Shown: in pieces, positions 59,740 to 64,000 of the stretch
Position numbering within the stretch: the first letter of the stretch is position 1
Layout: each line of letters begins with the position of its first letter
Made by a program: the position numbers and the translations under genes
DNA from: an uncultured Acidobacteriota bacterium
GTDB taxonomy: Bacteria > Acidobacteriota > Terriglobia > UBA7540
Assembly (NCBI GenBank): GCA_963804995.1
Contig: CAWDSK010000004.1
Span: 32,001-96,000 of the forward strand
Length of the DNA: 64,000 nt
Direction of reading: 5' to 3'
Notes under the pieces: generated by a model
Seen by the model: the letters and a program-made list of their open reading frames with translations, nothing else
What the model was told of the DNA's origin: nothing
Databases searched by the model: none

Positions 59740-62394
59740 ATGAAGGACGCTAAATTAAAGGGTGATCAAACGCTCGCAATTGTTGCGTCACCCGGAGCGA
59801 GTTACCGCCGCCCACAGGTTGAGGGGAAATTCTTACTACTGGGTGACGAGAAATTCTTTATTAAGGGTGTCACCTACGGTTCCTTTCCTCCCAACCAAGC
59901 GGGCCAGCAGTTTCCAGAGCCCCCGGATGTCGCCCGGGACTTCGCGCTCATGCGGGCCGCCGGAATCAACACTCTCCTGACCTACACCGTGCCACCCCTT
60001 TCGCTTTTGGACCAGGCGCAAGAATATGGCCTCCGGGTCATCACGGTCGTGCCCTGGATGGAGTACGTCTGCTTCCTGGAAGACAGTAACGTCCGGAAGC
60101 AAATGCTGCGCGAGGTCAAGGCGGGCGTGGCAGCGTGCCGCCGGCACCCGGCGGTGCTCATGTACTGCGTTGGCAAGGAAATTCCTCCCGCCATCGTCCG
60201 GTGGCACGGTCGCAAAAAGGTTGAGGCTTTCCTGAAGGACCTTTGCCAAGTCGCCAAGGATGAAGATCCCGAAAGCCTGGTGACCTATACGAATTTTCCG
60301 ACCACCGAGTACCTGGAGCTTCCCTTCGTCGACGTTTTCACTTTCAACGTCTACCTGCATAATCGCCCGGATTTCAGCGCTTATCTCTCGCGCCTCCAGC
60401 ACCTGGCAGGGGAACTTCCGCTGGTCTTAACTGAGTTCGGGCAGTGCAGCTTCCGGCACGGAAGAGACGGACAGGCGAATTTTCTGGACTGGCAGATCGA
60501 GGAGATCTTTGATCACGGGTCTGCCGGAGCAGTTATTTTTGGCTGGACCGATCCCTTTTATCAGGACAACAGCCTGGTGGAGGAATGGGGTTTCGGCCTG
60601 GTCGACGCCGAGCGCCGGCCCAAGCCTTCGTATGAGGCCGTTCAGCGCCGGTTCACCAGCGCGATTCCCTTCCCCCCGGAGCGGCAGTGGCCGAAGGTAT
60701 CGGTGGTGGTTGGGGCGTACAACGCGGCGCGGACACTCGAAAGTTGTCTCGTCTCCCTGCAAAAACTTCGCTATCCCGATTACGAGGTGATCGTCGTCAA
60801 CGACGGTTCCACGGACGCGACGGAAGAAATCGCCCGCCGTTTCCCGTTCCGCTGCATCAGTACGCCGAACCAAGGGATCAGCGCCGCCAGGAACGAAGGG
60901 CTAAGGGCGGCCCAGGGTGAAATCGTTGCCTACATCGACTCCGACGCGGAAGCCGATCCTGACTGGCTCCATTACCTGGCGGTCACTTATAGCAAGTTCA
61001 AAGTAGCGGGAGTGGGTGGCCCGAACGTTGTCCCGGCTGCCGACAACTGGGTCGCCAAGTGTGTCTATCGATCGCCGGGTGGGCCTACTCAAGTCATGTT
61101 GGATGACGAGTACGCTGAGCATATTCCTGGTTGCAACATGTCTTTCCGCAGATCGGCCCTGGAGAAGATTGGGGGGTTCGACCCCATTTTCCGGGCGGCG
61201 GCAGACGACGTCGATATCTGCTGGCGTTTGCAAGAAAACGGCTACCGGATTGGCTTCAGCCCTTCCGCACTCGTATGGCATCATCGGCGCCCATCGATAC
61301 GGGCTTTTTGGAGCCAGCAGGTGGGCTATGGAGTTTCGGAATCCTATCTGGAACGAAAGGTCCCCAATAAGTTCAATCCGTGGGGCCATGCTTTCTGGGC
61401 GGGGAGGATCTACGCACCCTATCCTTTCTTCCGGCTGATGGGCCGGCCTTCCGTCTATCACGGCCTTTGGGGTTCGGCGCCCTTCCAGCCCATGTATGAC
61501 CCAGGACCGGGAGGCGTTTTAAGTTTCCTGCCGCGCGCCATGGAGTTGCACCTCGCCATGATGGCGCTGGGCCTGCTGGGAATCTTCTTTCCCTGGGCTC
61601 TCATTTTGTTCGGCTTGGGATTGGTTTACACGTTTACCTACTGCGCTTCTTGCGCCCTCAAGGCAAACTTGAATGTTCTGGTTGCTACTGATGGCCCACC
61701 CACATTCTTCCGTCAGCTCAAGTGGCGAGCCATGATCGCCCTCTTGCATTTTCTCGAGCCCGTGGCGCGAGACTGGGGGCGACTGAAGGGTGGCCTTACG
61801 CCCTGGCGCACCGTCACAGCCGCAGCTCGCACGCAGCATCGCGCCAGTTCGTGGTGGCAGCGATTGTGGCCTTTCAAGCGCCAAGCCCGCTGGAGCATCC
61901 CTGGAACAATGACCTTAGAGAAGTTTGATTTTCTTGACCGCCTCCTCAAGAGACTCGGGGCAGGAGGTTGCGCGGTGGGGTGGAATCCGACCACGGAAGA
62001 TTGGGACCTCAAGATAAGGCGCGGAGCTCTGGGCGTGGCTTGGCTTCGGATGGTCATTGAGCATCACGGTGGGCCGAAAAGGCTGGCTCGGTTATCGGTG
62101 ATGATCAAGCCGCCGCGGTTGGTGCCCTGGACTCTGGGAGCCATTGTAGCGCTGGCGGGAATCGCCGGCTGGCTCGGTTACCACATTCCTTCCGCCGTGC
62201 TGGCCGGGGGATTCGCGTTCTTGTGGATCGTCGTCCTCGCGGAGGCGAACCGTCTGGAAGCCGTCAGCATATCCTCTGCTGCTGAGGTGGCCGAAGAACT
62301 TGAGAGGGCCAGCCAGGCGGATCAAGCATCCACCGCGTGGCCAAAGCGATTGCCTGAGGGCGAGCCAGTAAAACAGCGCCATGCCGGAGCATAA
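59740..62394 (+). CDS. GH2-like TIM barrel fused to a GT2 glycosyltransferase with C-terminal TM segments
   Basis: KGVTYG, RHPAV, NFPTTEY, LTEFG; VSVVV..YN, VNDGSTD, ARN.G, IDSD, GCNM, DDVD. Confidence 0.88.
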   Translation: MKDAKLKGDQTLAIVASPGASYRRPQVEGKFLLLGDEKFFIKGVTYGSFPPNQAGQQFPEPPDVARDFALMRAAGINTLLTYTVPPLSLLDQAQEYGLRVITVVPWMEYVCFLEDSNVRKQMLREVKAGVAACRRHPAVLMYCVGKEIPPAIVRWHGRKKVEAFLKDLCQVAKDEDPESLVTYTNFPTTEYLELPFVDVFTFNVYLHNRPDFSAYLSRLQHLAGELPLVLTEFGQCSFRHGRDGQANFLDWQIEEIFDHGSAGAVIFGWTDPFYQDNSLVEEWGFGLVDAERRPKPSYEAVQRRFTSAIPFPPERQWPKVSVVVGAYNAARTLESCLVSLQKLRYPDYEVIVVNDGSTDATEEIARRFPFRCISTPNQGISAARNEGLRAAQGEIVAYIDSDAEADPDWLHYLAVTYSKFKVAGVGGPNVVPAADNWVAKCVYRSPGGPTQVMLDDEYAEHIPGCNMSFRRSALEKIGGFDPIFRAAADDVDICWRLQENGYRIGFSPSALVWHHRRPSIRAFWSQQVGYGVSESYLERKVPNKFNPWGHAFWAGRIYAPYPFFRLMGRPSVYHGLWGSAPFQPMYDPGPGGVLSFLPRAMELHLAMMALGLLGIFFPWALILFGLGLVYTFTYCASCALKANLNVLVATDGPPTFFRQLKWRAMIALLHFLEPVARDWGRLKGGLTPWRTVTAAARTQHRASSWWQRLWPFKRQARWSIPGTMTLEKFDFLDRLLKRLGAGGCAVGWNPTTEDWDLKIRRGALGVAWLRMVIEHHGGPKRLARLSVMIKPPRLVPWTLGAIVALAGIAGWLGYHIPSAVLAGGFAFLWIVVLAEANRLEAVSISSAAEVAEELERASQADQASTAWPKRLPEGEPVKQRHAGA

Positions 62395-64000
62395 ATCACG
62401 TACAGACTTGCAATTGATGGGCCGCCTGATGCGGCTATCGCGCCCTTATCGGCTTCACCTGGCAACGATCCTGGGGCTCAACCTCCTGCAAACTCCCCTC
62501 ACACTCCTCGCCCCTGTCCCCATCAAAATCGTGGTGGACAGCGTCCTGGGATCGCACCCGCTCCCGGGCGGCCTCGCATGGGCCATCCCCCGCGGGCTCG
62601 AAGCATCTGCCAATGCCAAGCTCACGCTCGCAGTGGGATTGATCATCGTGGTCACGCTACTCACCTACGGCGGCTCGCTTGCCAGTTGGTGGTTGCAAAC
62701 CTTCACCGGCGAGAACCTGATGCTCGAATTTCGCCGGAAACTCTTCGGACACGTGCAGCGGCTCTCGCTTTCCTATCACGACACCCAAGGAACCACGGAC
62801 TCCACTTACCGGATACAATACGACGCCGATTCGATCCAGACGGTAACGATTAATGGGGCGATTCCACTCCTCAATTCCGCCTTTACCGTTGTCTCCATGG
62901 TGATGGTTACGGCGTTCCTGGATCTGAAACTCTCCTTGATCGCGCTTTCCGTATGCCCGGTACTCTACGCCGTGATCCTGCGCTACCGTCATCTGATACG
63001 GGACCGGTGGAGAGTCGTAAAGCAATACGATAGCTCAGCCATGAACGTGGTACAGGAGGTCCTTTCCTCCCTGCGGGTCGTGAAGGCCTTCGGCCGTGAA
63101 GAGGATGAGCAGGCACGCTTTTCCCGCCAGGCGGACAAACGCGTGGAGAATCAGATCCGGCTTGCTGCCCTCCATGGTCAATTCGATTTATTTGTGGGCT
63201 TGACGATTGCAGTGGGTTCGGCGTCAGTGCTTTTGGTGGGAGTACATGACGTGCGATCCGGATACTTGACTCTGGGCTCGTTGCTGGTGGTGTTGTCTTA
63301 CCTGACGCAATTGTACGAACCCCTGCGCGCCATCAGCACGAAACTCACCGATCTGCAGGCCGGCTTGACCGGGGCAGAACGTGCCTTCAAGCTTTTGGAC
63401 GAACTGCCCGAGGTCATTGACCACCCGGGGGCCAAACGCCTTAGGAAAGCATCGGGAGCAGTGGCTTTCGAGAACGTGCGGTTTTCCTACGAACCCGCCA
63501 GGCCCGTGCTGAAAGATATTTCTTTCGAAGCCCCGCCCGGCGCCAAGGTGGGAATCCAGGGACGGACGGGGGCCGGCAAGAGTACGCTCATGACCCTGTT
63601 GATGCGGTTCTACGATCCGGAATCCGGACGGATTCTGCTGGATGGGGTGGACCTTCGCGATTATCGGGTGGCCGATCTGCGCAGCCAGTTTGGCCTGGTC
63701 CTCCAAGACCCTGTGCTATTTTCAACTTCCCTGGCTGAGAACATCGGGTACGGGAAGCCCGGGGCAACCCAAGATGAGATTATGGAAGCTGCGCGCCGCG
63801 CCAATGCGCACGATTTCATCTCGGCTCTTCCCGATGGGTACGAGACTCAAGTGGGAGAACGCGGCATGAAACTCTCGGGGGGAGAGCGCCAGCGTATCTC
63901 CCTGGCCCGCGCCTTCCTCCGCGATGCTCCCATCCTGATTCTCGATGAACCCACCAGTTCAGTCGACCTCAAGACGGAGCAAGCCATCCTGGAGGCCCTG
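62381..64000 (+). CDS. ABC transporter permease/ATP-binding protein (MsbA-like), runs off the window end
   Basis: Read from ATG 62381: TM domain, then GRTGAGKS, LSGGERQR, ILILDE. Confidence 0.9.
   Translation, partial: MPEHKSRTDLQLMGRLMRLSRPYRLHLATILGLNLLQTPLTLLAPVPIKIVVDSVLGSHPLPGGLAWAIPRGLEASANAKLTLAVGLIIVVTLLTYGGSLASWWLQTFTGENLMLEFRRKLFGHVQRLSLSYHDTQGTTDSTYRIQYDADSIQTVTINGAIPLLNSAFTVVSMVMVTAFLDLKLSLIALSVCPVLYAVILRYRHLIRDRWRVVKQYDSSAMNVVQEVLSSLRVVKAFGREEDEQARFSRQADKRVENQIRLAALHGQFDLFVGLTIAVGSASVLLVGVHDVRSGYLTLGSLLVVLSYLTQLYEPLRAISTKLTDLQAGLTGAERAFKLLDELPEVIDHPGAKRLRKASGAVAFENVRFSYEPARPVLKDISFEAPPGAKVGIQGRTGAGKSTLMTLLMRFYDPESGRILLDGVDLRDYRVADLRSQFGLVLQDPVLFSTSLAENIGYGKPGATQDEIMEAARRANAHDFISALPDGYETQVGERGMKLSGGERQRISLARAFLRDAPILILDEPTSSVDLKTEQAILEAL

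Overview
GC-rich bacterial chromosomal window. Gene style (many twin-arginine-signal enzymes, Y_Y_Y hybrid kinase, dense REP-like palindromes) suggests Acidobacteriota, which is an inference. It contains metH converging on a corrinoid-dependent methyl-transfer operon (MtaA/CmuA-like methyltransferase, corrinoid protein, ASKHA reactivase, AcsE-like methyltransferase, small accessory proteins) that is cut off from its GntR regulator by an IS5-family element. It also has carbohydrate-active and periplasmic enzymes, a type IV pilin, an S46 peptidase, a GH2-GT2 fusion with an ABC exporter, an IS4-family element and many gene remnants. Most notable: (1) two apparently identical 770-nt ORF-less group II introns (356-1125, 33811-34580), one inserted antisense into a gene; (2) two three-unit non-coding arrays of a sigma28-like promoter plus conserved leader, one with an exact 153-bp period; (3) an unknown protein whose 3' end runs into an iteron-like repeat array; (4) an accessory operon encoding a GH19-like muramidase, a membrane protein and a 968-aa unknown protein, with a permuted NlpC/P60 gene nearby; (5) three frameshifts and one nonsense codon in otherwise intact genes all map to GCTCGAC, suggesting a DNA-modification motif or a systematic base-calling artefact. 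No rRNA, tRNA or CRISPR array was seen. All product calls come from motif recognition, not database searches.
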